Assembly: GCA_003971905.1 (NCBI GenBank) | Contig: RSEE01000025.1 | Location: 1 to 64,000 of the forward strand | From: Moniliella sp. 'wahieum' | Lineage: Eukaryota | DNA: 64,000 nt | Direction: 5' to 3' | In this document: positions 39,302 through 52,947 of the stretch, in pieces | Position numbering within the stretch: position 1 is the first letter of the stretch | Layout of the letters: every line of letters begins with the position of its first letter | Made by a program: the position numbers and the translations under genes | Notes under the pieces: generated by a model | The model's database searches: none | Told to the model about the DNA's origin: nothing | The model's input: only the letters and a program-made list of their open reading frames with translations

Positions 39302-42300
39302 ATGCCATCACCCCCCTCCTCTCCCGCCGGCATCCAGCCCGCGCCAGCGACCCCGCTGCCAAGCGCATCAAACTCGAAGGCGAAGAAGAAAAGCAGTCTG
39401 CCAGCTCCGGTGCCAGCGCGTCTCCGCCCGCCGCCCGCCCGGCCGCCCCCCCGTCAAAGCCGCCTGCCTCTTCTGCCGTGCGCGCAAGTCCAAGTGCGAC
39501 GGCAAGCAGCCGTGCAAGACGTGCATAAGCAAGAGCCAAGAGTGCATCTACACGGCCTCTCGCCGCGGTGCTAAGCGCAAGCACTTTGATCCCGCCCCCG
39601 TCCAGTCCCATCTCAATGAGCTGCTCAGCCTGTCCAACTTGCCGCACAATGTCCGTGTCCCTGGGCTCGTTCCCCAACTGCGCTCGTTCCAGCAGCCCGT
39701 CGACCTGAGCTCCCTCAATCCCTACGATATCAATGCCCTCCAGGAGGCCTTCCAGGCCCAGGAGGGTACCCGGAGCCAGGGAAACGCATTGGATTCCTCC
39801 GCCTCCGCTGCTGAGCTCAACCCTTCTCCTGCTATCTCCGCGTCCAACCCCTGACTACGACCTCCCCCCAGCCTGGCTCCAACCCATCCAGCTTCAACCC
39901 ACTCCTTTCGATTGCATTGGATCGTTTGAACATGAATGGAGATCAGGCGCAGCCCTCCTTTGACACGACTACAAACGTTGCCCCTCAGCCAGCTGCGGAG
40001 CAACAGCAGCAACAGCAATTCCTCTCCTGGCTCATGGGAGGGACTACCCAGCCGCCAGTGCTGAATGGTGCTCCTTTTGGCAGCGGGACAGTCGAGCCTA
40101 CCACCTCCACGAATGCGGGGGGCTTTTCAGCGGAGGCTGTGTCCCAGCTGACCGACCAGATCAAACACGATATACCCTTTTCGGACCCACTCAACTCGGC
40201 CACCACCGCACCCGTTGTGCCTCCAATGACAGCCAATTCCTCTGGCGTGTCTGGGTCCCTTCCTAATTTTCTACCCGGAGTGGATACTCAAGCACTCCCT
40301 GTGGGTGCCAGTGTGCCCGACCCTCAGACACGGGCGGCAGTTGTTGGTCGACTTCTACCTCAAGCTATATGCTTTCATCCCCGTTCTACTCCCACCCGAG
40401 TATCTTGAAACGTTTGTACACCTATTTGGATCCCACCGTTCGGCATTTTTGTTGTCGCTCGAGTGCATCCTTCCTCTGATGGACGAGAAGGTGGAACTTG
40501 AGCCGACTGAAGGGCCCGAGGCATTCAATTCACCGGCACGTCAACTGCGGCGCCAAACGGCAGCATACTATGCCCGACAGGCCGGAGATGCGATTGACGA
40601 AGTGCTCGAGGCGATCGAAGAGAAGGCAGATTGGGGCTCTTTGCTCGAAGTGTTGCAGGCTCTGGCTGTGCTGGCCATTTACGAGTATGGTTCGGGGCGA
40701 GCGGTGAAGGCTCGGCTCAAGGCGGACCAGGCCTTAGGGTTGGCCATGTCCCATGGCCTCCACCGCCTCTCCTCCCAGAGCGCGTTTGATAGCCTGGTGG
40801 GTGCCCGCGCTGCTTCGTCCACGGGGACAAACATCACAGAGCACTTTTCGTCCGAGTGTCTGTTTGAGATGTCCAAGCGCATCTGGTGGGTCACCTGGTC
40901 GCTCCTGATGTACGCCTCGTATAACACAGGAAAGCTGTTGACCATCCGCGCTGATGACCCCCGTGTCACCTCGGCCCTCCCGTCGGGTTCAAGTCACCCC
41001 AACACTTGGGTGGATAGCATATTGACGCTCCAAACGCTGTTGCTGGTGCAAGACCGAGTTTTGGCCTTGTCCCAATCAACTGATATGGACGACGCTACGC
41101 CAGCCGCTGAGGCGCTTACGCCGTCCTGGTCCTTGGGTTCACCTGAGGGGGCCACCTCCCTCGCTGAGGCCTCACGCATTGTGGGCCTGGCCCAGATCCC
41201 GTCTTTGATGCCCTCTTCAGAGGAGGATCAAGTTGGAGCGCCTGGGCGAAATACAAGTCTGGCCCTACGCACCTCTACTACCTCCGCCTCGTCGCGCCGC
41301 CAGATAATTGAAAATATGGTTGCGATTGACAAGGCTTTGTCTAGCCAAATTGAGCAGCTGGAACAGCAACCCCTCCCTTGGCTCCAGCCCGATTGGCCAC
41401 ACAAGCCCAAAGACCTGTCGCAGGTTGAGGCGGGATTGGTGGCCTACCAACGACTCGGGAGTGGACTTCAGTTGTACACTGCCTGGCTTACACTTCACCT
41501 GTATTCAGCGTTCCATGGAGCCTCTTTGTTTGAACGCAAGTTGTGCTTCCTCAGCTGTGTCAATGACGAGACTCCAAAGTCGCCTAGTGCCACCAGCTTG
41601 ACGGCGGGCACTCCCCACTCTGGCATTGTCCGTTCCCGCTCCACAGGGGGGAATCCGATTTCGCCTGTACCGATTCCGGACGCCTACTCCGCCATCTTTC
41701 AGACCAGTCGCGTCATGCTTCGAACCTACCGACGGGCGGGGACAATACTGACTGGCTCACGAGCAATATGGACCTTGCTCAAGACTTTACTACCCCGACT
41801 ACCTCCGCCGGCGAATGGTTGCTGCATATGGCTGGTTTGCCTACGTTGGACCAGAGGACAGGGCAGTTGCAGGCGCCCGGCTCCTCCGCCCCACCGTCCG
41901 GATCGGACAATACGGCATTGCAGGCGGATATGAAGCAGCGCGCTTCGCCAGCGTGTTTGATGCGCGATACTCACTGGATCGGTGTGTGTACGCATCCAAG
42001 CGTTTACTGGAGATTATGGGACACGACGAATTGAGGGCCAACCCGTTCCCGTCTTGCAGTGCCTTGCTCATCTCGTACACCTTGCTGATGCAAGTAATGA
42101 GCGTAAGCAACGATTTGATTGCCGACCTCATGGCGAATTCCAACTCGGACGAATCGCACAACCTGCTCCAATCGGCCCAGGCGTCAGCTGCACTGCAACC
42201 CACGCACAACCAGATGCTGGCAAACCCTTCAGGGCAAGACCGCTTGTTGGTGCTTGTCGACATTTGGGACAAGGTTCGCATGGCCCATGACACGCTTGTA

Positions 42301-42429
42301 CGGCTTGCCCAACACTACGACATGGTTGTTCCCATGGCGGAGGAAGTACAGGTTTGCTTGAGAACGAGTCAGATGCTGTTTGATCAAGATGTTACTGAGG
42401 GTCTTCACCCTGATGCTGTTGACGCTTGA
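39302..42429 (+). CDS. Zn(II)2Cys6 transcription factor with a fungal TF middle domain; frameshifted
   Basis: VKAACLFCRARKSKCDGKQPCKTCISKSQECIYTASRRG; LQALAVLAIYEYGSG..ALGLAMSHGLHRL..EMSKRIWW; ends ...HPDAVDA*. Confidence 0.88.
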
Positions 42430-42930
42430 TCGATTGGCCATGTCAGATGGTTAACTCTTTTCGCCTTTTGCCGCACTGCCACCACATATCGCCTCTCTCA
42501 CCTCTTACTCATCACCCCAAATGATCATGGCTTGTCTCGACAACAACCAATGAATTGATTGACCTGGCTTTTGTCCTGAGACCCTCATCAACTGCATCAA
42601 CCCCACGGGGATCAATCAATCTTCCGCCTGATTGATCACAGAAGTCACCGGCTCGCCAGAGCAGGCATTGCATGTTCAGCAATTGCACATCCTTCAAACC
42701 CTTGCGGTTATTACATCCAACGTTTGAAATAAGAGTCCACGCCTACAACAAGGGCGCAATAAACAGCATAGTGAACCTGGGGAGGGGGTGGTGGGATGGA
42801 GGCTTCGAAAGTAGACGTGAAGCGGACACAGCGCAGAAGGTTGTTTCTGTGTCGCTCCCTACGGTATATACCACTTCCCCCATTTGGATCATGATTTGTA
42901 CGGTTCAATCAATTCCACCTGAAACGCACC

Positions 42931-43700
42931 TTACTCATCCTCCATTCTGGGATTTTTGCGACCATCGTCCTCGTCCACCTCATCACTACGAGCACGCTTG
43001 AGGTGCGAGTCAGGAACGTGGCCACGGGCCTGGGCATAGTCTATAATACTCCCCCTCGGCACCGGATGGAATGATCCGTTGCTGGTCCCCTTCGGCATGG
43101 GGCACTCCCTCGATTGTGGAAGCACCATACACGGCGCGGATCTGCTCTTCACGCCGTCTCCGATCCTCATCCTCTTGGATCCGCGCATGCCCCCAACCGC
43201 CACGACCGGCGTCGTACTCTTGACGGTACTCATCGCGGACTTGGCCCCCGCTGCGGCCGCGCCCATACTGGCGCCCATCCCGGTACCCAGGATCCAGGTC
43301 GCAGCGAATGAAGCGTTCGTCGAGTTTGGTGCCGCTAATGTAGCGCATGCATGCGACCGCCTCGGAGTGCTTGTAGTACTCCACAAAACAAAAGCCACAA
43401 GGTGTTTTGGTGTGCGGTCGAGGCCCATGATCACACGCTTGATCCCAAACCCGGGCACAGAACACTGGTTAAATAGCTGGTAAATCTGCTCCTCCGTCGT
43501 TAGAACGAGAGATTGCCGATATAGAGTGTCGACGTCTTGGCTAGCTGGTCGTAGTAAACGTCCATCGTCACATTGGACCGCGAATCGCGGTCTGGGCCGA
43601 GAAGGAGCGGAGGTGTCAGCGGCAGCGGGCGAGAGGGGCACATGGGGAGGAGGCGGACATACGGAGAGACTTGGTCCAGGGGTTCTATCACGTGGGCCAT
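42931..43700 (-). CDS. CBC2: Nuclear cap-binding complex small subunit (CBP20/NCBP2)
   Basis: [73 protein letters not shown]. Intron at about 43592-43662. Confidence 0.95.
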
Positions 43701-43989
43701 GGCAAGAGAGGTGGCGATGGTCGATGGGGGGGGTGGCACGCTTGAAGGACAGCAGAAGGCAGGCCCCCTCGGCTGCTGCTCCTGGGCCTGAGCGGCCACC
43801 TGACTGACCGCTGAGGGGGTTCATCGGTGACCCTGGGCCCACCTGCTCGGCCGTGGCATGCTGGATCGCATGTTGGTTCCGCCCTTTCCGCCCGCTTTTT
43901 TTTTCTTGCCAGGACCAGCCCCAAGTACTGCTTATCGACTTGCCTGTCGCCTCGACCTCCCCGCAGACTACCAACCGGCTCTGGGCGCG

Positions 43990-45807
43990 ATGGACTTTGC
44001 CAAGCTCGACATTGCCAACGTCCAAGCCAAGGCGATCACCGCCCAGCAGGCATCCAAGGCAGTGCCAGCTCGATCTCCAGTGAGACGGCCCTAACTGGCG
44101 TCGCTTCGTGCCCCGTCTTTCTGAAGGAGCATGCGCCCATCACCTCCATCCACTATGTGCCCGCCTCCCCCCTCGCTTCCACTGGTCCCGAGGCTCTGGC
44201 TGGCGAGCGAGCGGTAGCCAACCCTCTGTTTGCTTCCGTTCCAGGTGCCCAGAGCGGGGCCCTGTCCTCCCAGGCCATCCAACGCTACGCCGTCACCGCC
44301 GGCCCCCGCGTCCAGCTCTTCTCGACTCGCACCGACAAAGTTGTCAAGACCGTCTCGCGCTTTACCCGATGTCGCTCGTTCGGGCCACATTCGTTCTGAT
44401 GGCCGTCTCATGGTTGCCGGTGATGATTCGGGCCTGATTCAGGTATTTGACGTCAACTCTCGCGCCATTGCGGACCTTCCGCGGCCACAAGCAGTACGTC
44501 CGATGTTCCATCCTTCTTTCCATCTTTGGATGGTGGAGCGTACGCTGACCCCGGTTCCTTTCTAGTCCTGTTCATGTGACGAAGTTCTCTTCCGCTCCCA
44601 CTCAAGTCCTTTCTGCTTCGGATGACCAGACGGTGCGGTTATGGGACATGCCTGACCAGAGCGCAGTTCGCATCTTTGATCGGCACACGGATTATGTGCG
44701 TGCTGCAACCGTGAGCCCCGACAACCCTCTCGTGCTCAGTGGATCTTACGATGGAACGGTGAGGCTATGGGATTCGCGCGTAGAGGAGAACGGGGGAGAG
44801 GTGATGCGGATGGAGCATCGTTCCCCGGTCAATGATGTTACTATCTATCCAACTGCTGGCGGCGGCGTGGCGCTCAGTGTTGGCGGTCCCGTGCTGCGCG
44901 CATGGGATCTAATGATGGGAGGGCGCAGTCTCAAGGCTGTGTCAAATCACCAAAAAGCGATCACCAGCTTGGCCATCACCATGGACAGTGATGTGGCAGG
45001 CTCGTCGGACGAAGGATCGCAGAGCTTACGGATCTTGACGGGCGGACTGGACCAGTTGGTCAAGGTGTATGATCCTGCCCAAGATTTCCGCGTTACCCAC
45101 ACAATGCGCTACCCTGCCCCTATTCTCTGCATGGCTCTCGCACCAGATGAGAGCCAACTTGCGGTGGGCATGTCGGATGGGACGATGTGCATCCGAAAGC
45201 GGGACCTCAAGGCCTCGGAGGTGGCTCGACGCCAAGATAGGAGAACGGCTTTGTTGGGCCGAGGCTTGGACAACCAGCTGGCCCGAAGCAGTGCGTTGGT
45301 GGGAGAGGCGTCGGTACAGGACGGCGGCGTGAGCGCTCAAGATGACTTGCGGGCCGATCGACCTCGCTCGGCTCGTCTCAAACCATACGACAAGTATCTC
45401 AAATCGTTCAACTACCATGGCGCTTTGGATGCCGTGCTGCGCAAAGGAGTTGCCCCGAAGTGACATTTGCTCTTCTTCTTGAGCTCATTCATCGCAGTCC
45501 AGTATCAACGGTTCAAACGGGCAGCTCGGAAGCCCTCAGGATCGCTGTGATGGACCGCGACGATGTGGGACTAGAACCGTTGCTACGTTTCTTGTTGCGT
45601 CATGCTGTTGAGCCTGCCTACATTGACATTGTCGCTGATACCCTGGATGTGATCATTGATGTGTATTCGGGCATGCTGGGCCAGTCGCCCTTAGTGGACG
45701 AGACATTTGGACGAATTTGGAACAAGATTGATTCCGATCTCGATTCACAACAAAGAATCATCCAGGTCAAGGGAGCCCTGGAGATGATCTGGTGGGTTCA
45801 TCCTTGA
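43990..45807 (+). CDS. UTP15: U3 snoRNP WD40 protein Utp15; frameshifted
   Basis: RYAVTAGPRVQLFS..KTVSRF..RSDGRLMVAGDDSGLIQVFD; SASDDQTVRLWD..HTDYVR; NHQKAITSL; UTP15_C-like LKPYDKYLKSFNY..ALD..LLLELIHR. Intron 44494-44565. Divergent from CBC2 across about 290 bp. Confidence 0.9.
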
Positions 45808-45978
45808 GCTCAGCCCTCGCATTGGGGGCTTAATTGAGGGAACGGTATGTCTTCTGCTATGCATCTGTCCTGTATACTTGACACATATTTCATCCTTAAT
45901 GGGAAAATGGGGACATCCTTATAGGCACTTGGCCTTGATTGAACTCTCTGTATTGGTGGTTTGGACTTGGCTTATGTT

Positions 45979-47504
45979 TTAATCCTGCACCTGCGCCCCG
46001 CCGCCGTTCTCGGGACGCTTGAGGACCAAAGGCTGGCCTTTGGTCGCCCGTGCCCATACATCTTGAATGTCACCTGCAACCGTCTCGAAGTGAGACGTGG
46101 CGTCGTAGGAGCGAGTGATGAAAATGTTATCTTCAGCACCCGACTCGACAGGTTCCTCTTGCGCTGCCACAGTAACAAACTTGTCAAAGATGGGACCAAG
46201 CAAGTCCAGTCCCGGCTTGAGCTCCTCCTCAGGGTTGTCCGTCTCAACAATGGTGGTGACCGAAGCGACGTAGAGGCCCTCAGGGGTCACATTGTGGTTT
46301 TTGCTCACCACGGTCACGTAAATGTCGTTTTGACGGCCCAATTCATTCTGCGGCAGGATGAGCTGAACCGAGTCGGCATCGCCCGTGTTGGGGATCGGAT
46401 GCTTAAGCAAGCAAATGGCTCGCACCACCTTACCCGTGGCCTTGACTTTGTCTTTGCCCCCAATCTGACCGCGGAAGTAGGAAGGATCACCGATCACCAA
46501 GTCGGCCGTGACGGTCTCGCCTTCGCTCGTGACACCCTTGAACTTTCCTTCATCGTCCACTACAACCTCATCGATGGGTTTGGCCAGCATGTATGTGCCA
46601 CCGTAGATGGCCGACAGACGAGCAAATCCCTGTGGCAGCTCGCCCAAGCCGTAGAGGGGGTAAATATACGGCGACTTGCCGTAACGCGCGATCGAAGTAG
46701 TGTAGAGAATAATCCGGTCATACGTCTCCCGCGCGGGACGATGAAGATACGAGTCGTCAAGGTGAAGTGCCATAGCGTGACCGATAAAGTCTTGAGTTCC
46801 CTTCTCCAACCCGAATTTGGTGTAGAGTTCCTCCATCGTTCCCGAATCAATGTCAAACCCTGTATACAAGTGCAACCGTGAAGGAAAGGGTCAGTCATAG
46901 GCGAAGGGTTAAGAGGGTGGAAGTTACTCACCTTGGTGGGGTGGCCGGGTCATCATCGCGCCAACCCTGAACAAAAAGGAAAAAGTTTCGGGCGCGGTTC
47001 TTCTCCAGAGCGCCCATCAGCGGCGACTTGACCGCTTCCAACTCAGTCGCGGGCACTTTGGCGATCTTACCATCGCGGTAGACGTAAGAGGCCGAGATCT
47101 GCTTGAACTCAAGGTAGCGAGTCACATCAGTGTGGACCAGCATGTTGGTCAACTCTCCACTGCTAAGGATGAACTTGGGGATCAAGTCAATCGCCCAGTC
47201 ACGGCCACGACCAAGGTCGGCAGGCACCTCGCCGTCGGGGCGAAATTTAGCAAAGAGTTGGGGCAAGGTGAGGGAGGCCATTTCGCCACCGTAGTATTCG
47301 TTGCGATCCATGTGCAGTACCTTCTTTCCCTCAACTGCCAGTAGGGCTGAGAGGACACACTCGGTAACACCAGTGCCGAGAATAATGGCGTCTGAAAAAA
47401 CAAATGACGTGCGTATGGGCGGTTATGCATCATGGTCAGTGTTGTGTGGGACTCGCAGGGCAGGGGTAGCAGGCGGAAATCCACGCACCGTAATGCTCAT
47501 CCAT
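45979..47504 (-). CDS. GDI1: Rab GDP-dissociation inhibitor
   Basis: MDEHY | DAIILGTGVTECVLS..GKKVLHMDRNEYYGGE; DLIPKF; GKSPYIYPLYGLGELPQGFARLSAIYGGTYML; SYDATSHFET. Introns 47392-47488 and 46860-46931. Confidence 0.97.
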
Positions 47505-50056
47505 GGTGCTGCTGGGGTCGTGTGCAAGATCCAGGAGGGGGAACGGTTGAAGGAGGAAGAGGAGGAGGCGGTGGTGGTGGAAGGAAAGGATTCTGGGCAG
47601 GACAACGCCGGGCGCAGTAATGAAAGGGATCCAGGAGAAATGGCCAGACGCGCGAGCGGCGCCACTCTTGTTTGGACACAGCCCCGTGCTTGGATTTTGA
47701 GCGGGTGTCTCTGATCGACCCTGCGCCTGGGCCACCCACCAATTCCCCACTTGCTTGCAAGCACCATCCTACAAGAACAGAAAGAGGAGGCGGAGCGCGA
47801 GGGGCTGAGTACAGCATCACAACATCCGCTGCATTTTGTCCCACTGCCATATGCGGTCCCGAAATGGCTACCGGTCGCTATTCGAGGATAGCGAGATGAT
47901 CAACCAAATCAGCCTGGCCACCGTAGAGAGCATCAAGTTATGAGGCCTCATAGCGACGACGAAATGGCGGCCAATCATGAGTGAAAGGAAGGCAACCCCA
48001 ACTCATTCTATCTGTAGCGTCGGATGCTATATAAGTAGCCCGTGAGATGGAATGCCATGTGTGTTAACCGAGTGTGTCCGTCGTGGCCGTGGTACTTATA
48101 CATGTCCACCGCCACCAAAACTGAACGGAAACTGATACGACCAGCTCTTGATATGATGCCCCCAAGCGGAGCAGCACACAGTCAAGAGTCAGAAAATGGT
48201 CCACAGGAGATCGAGTTGGATTAGTGAAATCATGGCGAGCAAAAGAGCAGGTAACGGAGAGAGAAGAGGATGAGAATGACGTGGAGAGAGAAAGAGGGTG
48301 TCATGGGGCGGGCGCCGCCAGGGGGCCCGCCCCGGGGGTTTTAAGGGGTACAATCCCTTGGGGTCCTAGGTCGCCAGCACTGACCAGATGCCGGGCACTC
48401 CCTTTTCAGGCTCCGCTGTGGGGACAATGTCTCCCCTTGATGATTGACGGGTTTTGCATGTGTGGGCTGCTCGCCACCATCACATGTAGCCTCATCCTCT
48501 CCCCCCTTTCTTGAAGAAGGAGGGACAACCTCCATTCCTCCGTTTCCGGCTGCGATTGATGTTCTTCCGGTCTGCGCTTACAGAATAAAACACGTTTTCT
48601 CCATCAGACACACATAGCCTTGATTTAGCACGGTACAATCGCCAACAAGAAGGGTTTGGCCTGTGCGGTTCGACGTATTTGGTGATCGGGGTTGGACATG
48701 TGGACATGTGGCCCGGTGGTCTTGTTGACTTGGGCCTTGTGTACCATGAACGGGGACTTGGTCACTCGCAGGCAACTTTCCTGGGGCTTTCATCCGCCGT
48801 TCCCCCTGACCCAGGAGAATCGGCGAGGCAGATGGAGGCGGCCATGCAGGGTCCGGCCAAGAAAGCGTCGCGTGGCTTCCCATCCGCACCGGTCGCACAT
48901 TCCATCCCCAAGTCGTACCGCGTGGCGGGGATGGTGGTGGGCAATGGCGCGAGTGTTGGGCATGACGGCACGCGAGCCAGTCTCCTTTTCCCCATGGGGA
49001 TGCGTCACATGTCACATCACGTATCACATCGCATGCTCCATGTCACATGTATGTCATATCACATGTCGCATGTCACATGTGATGTCGACACCTCTGGGCA
49101 ATGCACCTCCTCCACCGTATCCCATGTGTCCACCATCGACCCCAATTACCTACAACTGAGTCTCGATGGAGATGGTTCCCCGCTCCGACGTGTACCACGT
49201 TCATTCGTATCCACACACGCTACTCGGATATGAGATCTGAGACGGGATGGCGGGCCCCAGAAGGTCCTGATCTGGTGGCGATCCCCTTGGTTCCCTACTA
49301 AACGTTAGTGTGTGTTGGCGCTACCAAAAGCAACACACGCCGGATGGGCATGTCGGTTTAGTAGGCGCAGCGTTTCTTCGTCCACGGGCCTTAACGCTCT
49401 GTCGACGATCTAGTTACAGTAGAGAGATATTCAAAGCAGTTCATTTTGCGTTCAGCGTACGGAACACGTTCAACGTAGGCTCACCGTCCATCCCTTTCTC
49501 ACCATAACCCGTCCACGTCAACCGCGGCAATCAGCAACGTTCACCTGTCATTCACCAGGGGCAGCCGTCGCCGGCTCGAGCTGGCCAACGGGGCGCAACT
49601 GCATACAGTTCATGGGCGGAGACAGGGCGGAGACATGCAATACTGAGATGAAACAAGAGCTAGACAACGAACAAAGGGAGATGAGGCAAAGGTAGGGGAG
49701 CGGGGGGGTTAATGCGGTCGTACTCGGCCGTGTTGCCTGCAACAACTGATGGCAGAGCGTGATGAAGATCAAGAGAGGACAAAGCCTAGAGGCACAACGA
49801 CCCCGTGGGACAGAAAGAAACGAGCCAATGGCCCAAAGCGATTCACAACCGGAGGGGAGAACAAGGGAGACGTGCAAAGGAGGTCCGGACAAAAAGACAC
49901 TGGCGTGACAGGACATGAGAAAAGAAGGCGGCGTACCCGAGGGGGACAGCTCGTAGACTTCAGCAACGTTCGACAGTGAAAGAGCAAGAAGACGTGAGAG
50001 GAACTGAAGGTCTTCCACGAGTACCTTGACAGATGATGCAAAAGAAATGAAGAGGT

Positions 50057-52947
50057 TTAATGCTCACAAGCCAAACCGGCACCTGCCGACTCAGCCATGA
50101 GCATAGGCTCTTGAGCGGGTTTGGGCGACGCCGCCGGCGAAGTAGGCAGCGACAGAGGGGCTGTCCACCCGGGGCTGCTTGTTTCTGGAGACCCGGAGTT
50201 CCAGCAAAACCGTTCAACCAGATCGCTGAGGCTTAACGCACCCTTCGGCGCAAGAGTGGCCGCAGTAGCATCATGATGGTTCGGGGTTGGTGTGGCAGTG
50301 CGCGTGGTCGAGGCCGAGCTTGGGACGGATGGGTGGGCGCCCGAACTATATTCCGCACCCAGCAAAGACGTCGTCAACACAGGCGGGGTGGGAACGGTGG
50401 CAGTCACAACGCCGGCACAAGGTGTAGGCGGCCCTGTCGCGTTGGGGGTCGCATCCGATTCGGTAATGGTGGCGACAGAGACGGTCGTTAGACTGTCGAG
50501 GGAACTCGCGCGCGAAGGGGTGCGACCACGCGAGGCGAAAAAATGTTTTCCCAGCGGGGGCGAACCCAGGTCCAGCTCCAGGGGATCGGCTCCAGTGGAC
50601 CAAGGGACACACGGCAGATTGGACCCTACTTCACCGGGCGAGGTGTCTCGCGAAGAAATCGGAGAAACCAAGGAAGTGAAGCTCTCGAACGAGAGAACGC
50701 TATGCGATGGCGAAGCCGGGTCAGGACCTGGAGAAGGTGAGTCCCCCTCACTGCTCTCCCCCGAGAGCATCGGGGTCGACCCGGGCGACCCGCTGTCATC
50801 GTTAAGCAAGGGAACGGTGGCGGCTGCCAGCATCGGGGGCGAGGTGTGAATCGGGGGCGGAATGAGATCCTTGGGGAATGGTCGATCACGGGATTGCACC
50901 GTGGACGAGAACGAATTGGGGAAATTTGATGATGTAGGTGGTGAACGAGTGTGAGGAATGGGAACGGCCAAAGCATCCGGAGCGGACATGGAAGTTTGAT
51001 TGTTCCGCATAACCAATGACTTTGAGTGGGTAAAAGGTCAATGATCCGAACAATGCGTGGCAGTATGTGAAGACAACAACGTACAGAAGGCTTGGTAAGG
51101 GACGAGTGACGGGAGCCCCAGCTCCGGACACTGTTAAAGGAGGTAGGGATGCTTTCGGGTGGAGTGCCTAGTGTGCCAGCTGGAGCATCAACATCAGGTC
51201 CTAGTGATGAGGCAGATGTGACCGCCGAGGGCAGACGAGGCGAAGTAGGAGCCGAGCCAGGGGCGAAAATGGCAAGGGGGTCAATAGTCCTCTCGGACGA
51301 AGTAGGAGATACGGCAGGTGAGCTAGAGACAGGCGAGGGTTTTTTTGCGGCACCGGAAAAGTAATCAGTCGCATCTGGAGAAGGGACCAAGGGACTTGAT
51401 GATGACTTGGTGCTACTTCGAAGCGCATCGCGCAAGTCGTACCGTGCGCCCCAGAGAGAAGGGGAACTTGGTCCTCCCGAATGTGCGGTGCCAACGGTAG
51501 AACGGAGGGGTAGCGCCGTAGGGTGTGGTGCGGGAGGATTGGACCAACGGGCGCTAGCACGGGCGGCGGCCGCTGCAGCCCGCTCGGCAGCTGGCACACG
51601 GTGCGGAGGGGTAGAGGGTGCAGAAGCTGGGTGTGTGGATGGGGGTGGGCGCTTGCGGAAGTCAAGCTGATAGTTTTGTCCTTGGTTGTTATCCCAAAAC
51701 TCCTGGCCAGCTGTAGTGTACCGCAAGCAGAGCGACATGGTCTTGGTATCCGAATTGGTCTGACCAGCAGGCCAGTCCAGCAGTTCATTGAGACGGATAG
51801 AAAAGCTGAACCGGTCAGCTTGGCCATTCTTGATAGTTTCCTGGTAGGTTCCTCCCACTTCATTGACGGTGACCCAATTGTCTGTTGTGAAGCGGACAGC
51901 AATCCACTTTTCAAACGCGATGTTTTTTACTTGGGCCGTGCCTTTGATGCTGCGTAGATCGTCCGATAGTACAACACTCTCAAGGAACACGGGCCTGTCG
52001 GCTGAAATCTGAGCCGAAGAAGGGAAGTTTGGCAGACGGAGAACCAGACCGTTTTGCCAGCCACTGGGCAATGCCAGCGAGCGCAGTTTGTTGGCCAGTG
52101 CACGCCCACCGCCGTCGCGCAAGGGATCGCCTTTCCCGTGGGATCTCCTTGGACGGTTGGAAAAGTGATTGGAAGGAAGCATGGCAAAGTAAGGGTAGGC
52201 CACACCAGCTTCCGTCTCGGTCTCAGTTCCGTCTCGGTGTGCTCAGGACTGGTCGTGGCACTAACAGCTGAGGGCCGGGAGCGATGGCGGAAGACCTTGA
52301 TCTGTTCCAGGTCGTGATTGAAGTGGACAGCCTTGACGACCGGGCTGGTAGGCATGCTTTTCGTATATCCCTCGGGCTTGGTGGGGGAAGCAAAGCGGCT
52401 GCCAAAATTCTCCGGGCAAATTGAAGGATGGGCGCTTGCTGGGCGCCATTTGAGCGACGACTTGACGATTTCTCCCGACTTTTTGCGGATGGTGCCGGCG
52501 CAAGCCGAAGCAAGGCCACCATACCGATCCCTGGAGACAACGCCTTCGGGGGCGGAAGGTTGTGGAGGTCGAGCTGGAGAGTACCAGAAGCGTCTCCTGG
52601 TGCAGCAGCAGCTTTCAGAGCGAGCGCCTTGCGCGATGCGGCGTGAAGGGGGGTGGCGACGGACTTGTCCGGCTGGCCGGCTGCGCCTGCGGTGGGGAAG
52701 GCGACGGTGCTGGGGGAAGGGGAGGCGCCCGTGGGTGTGGCGGAAGCAAGGGCATGGGCGCGGCTAGGCGGGTGGCCAGGCGCGCGGCGGGGAAGAAGGG
52801 GGGTGATGCTGAGGGACGAGCTGATGGCGGCTGAGTGATGCGCGGCGGTGCGGGCGTGAGGTGCGGGTGGGCGAGGTAGAGGCGGTGGGGAGGCGGGAGA
52901 TCTCTGCTGGAGGCGGAGGTGCTGCCGGGGGCGGAGGCAGAGGCCAT
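50057..52947 (-). CDS. Glycogen-targeting protein phosphatase 1 regulatory subunit (CBM21; Gac1/Gip2-like); frameshifted
   Basis: RVxF-type KAVHFNHDLEQIKVF; CBM21 VFLESV..IKGTAQVKNIAFEKWIAVRFTTDNW..DRFSFSI..FWDNNQGQNY; Ser/Pro-rich tail with LSDLVERFCW. Confidence 0.85.
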
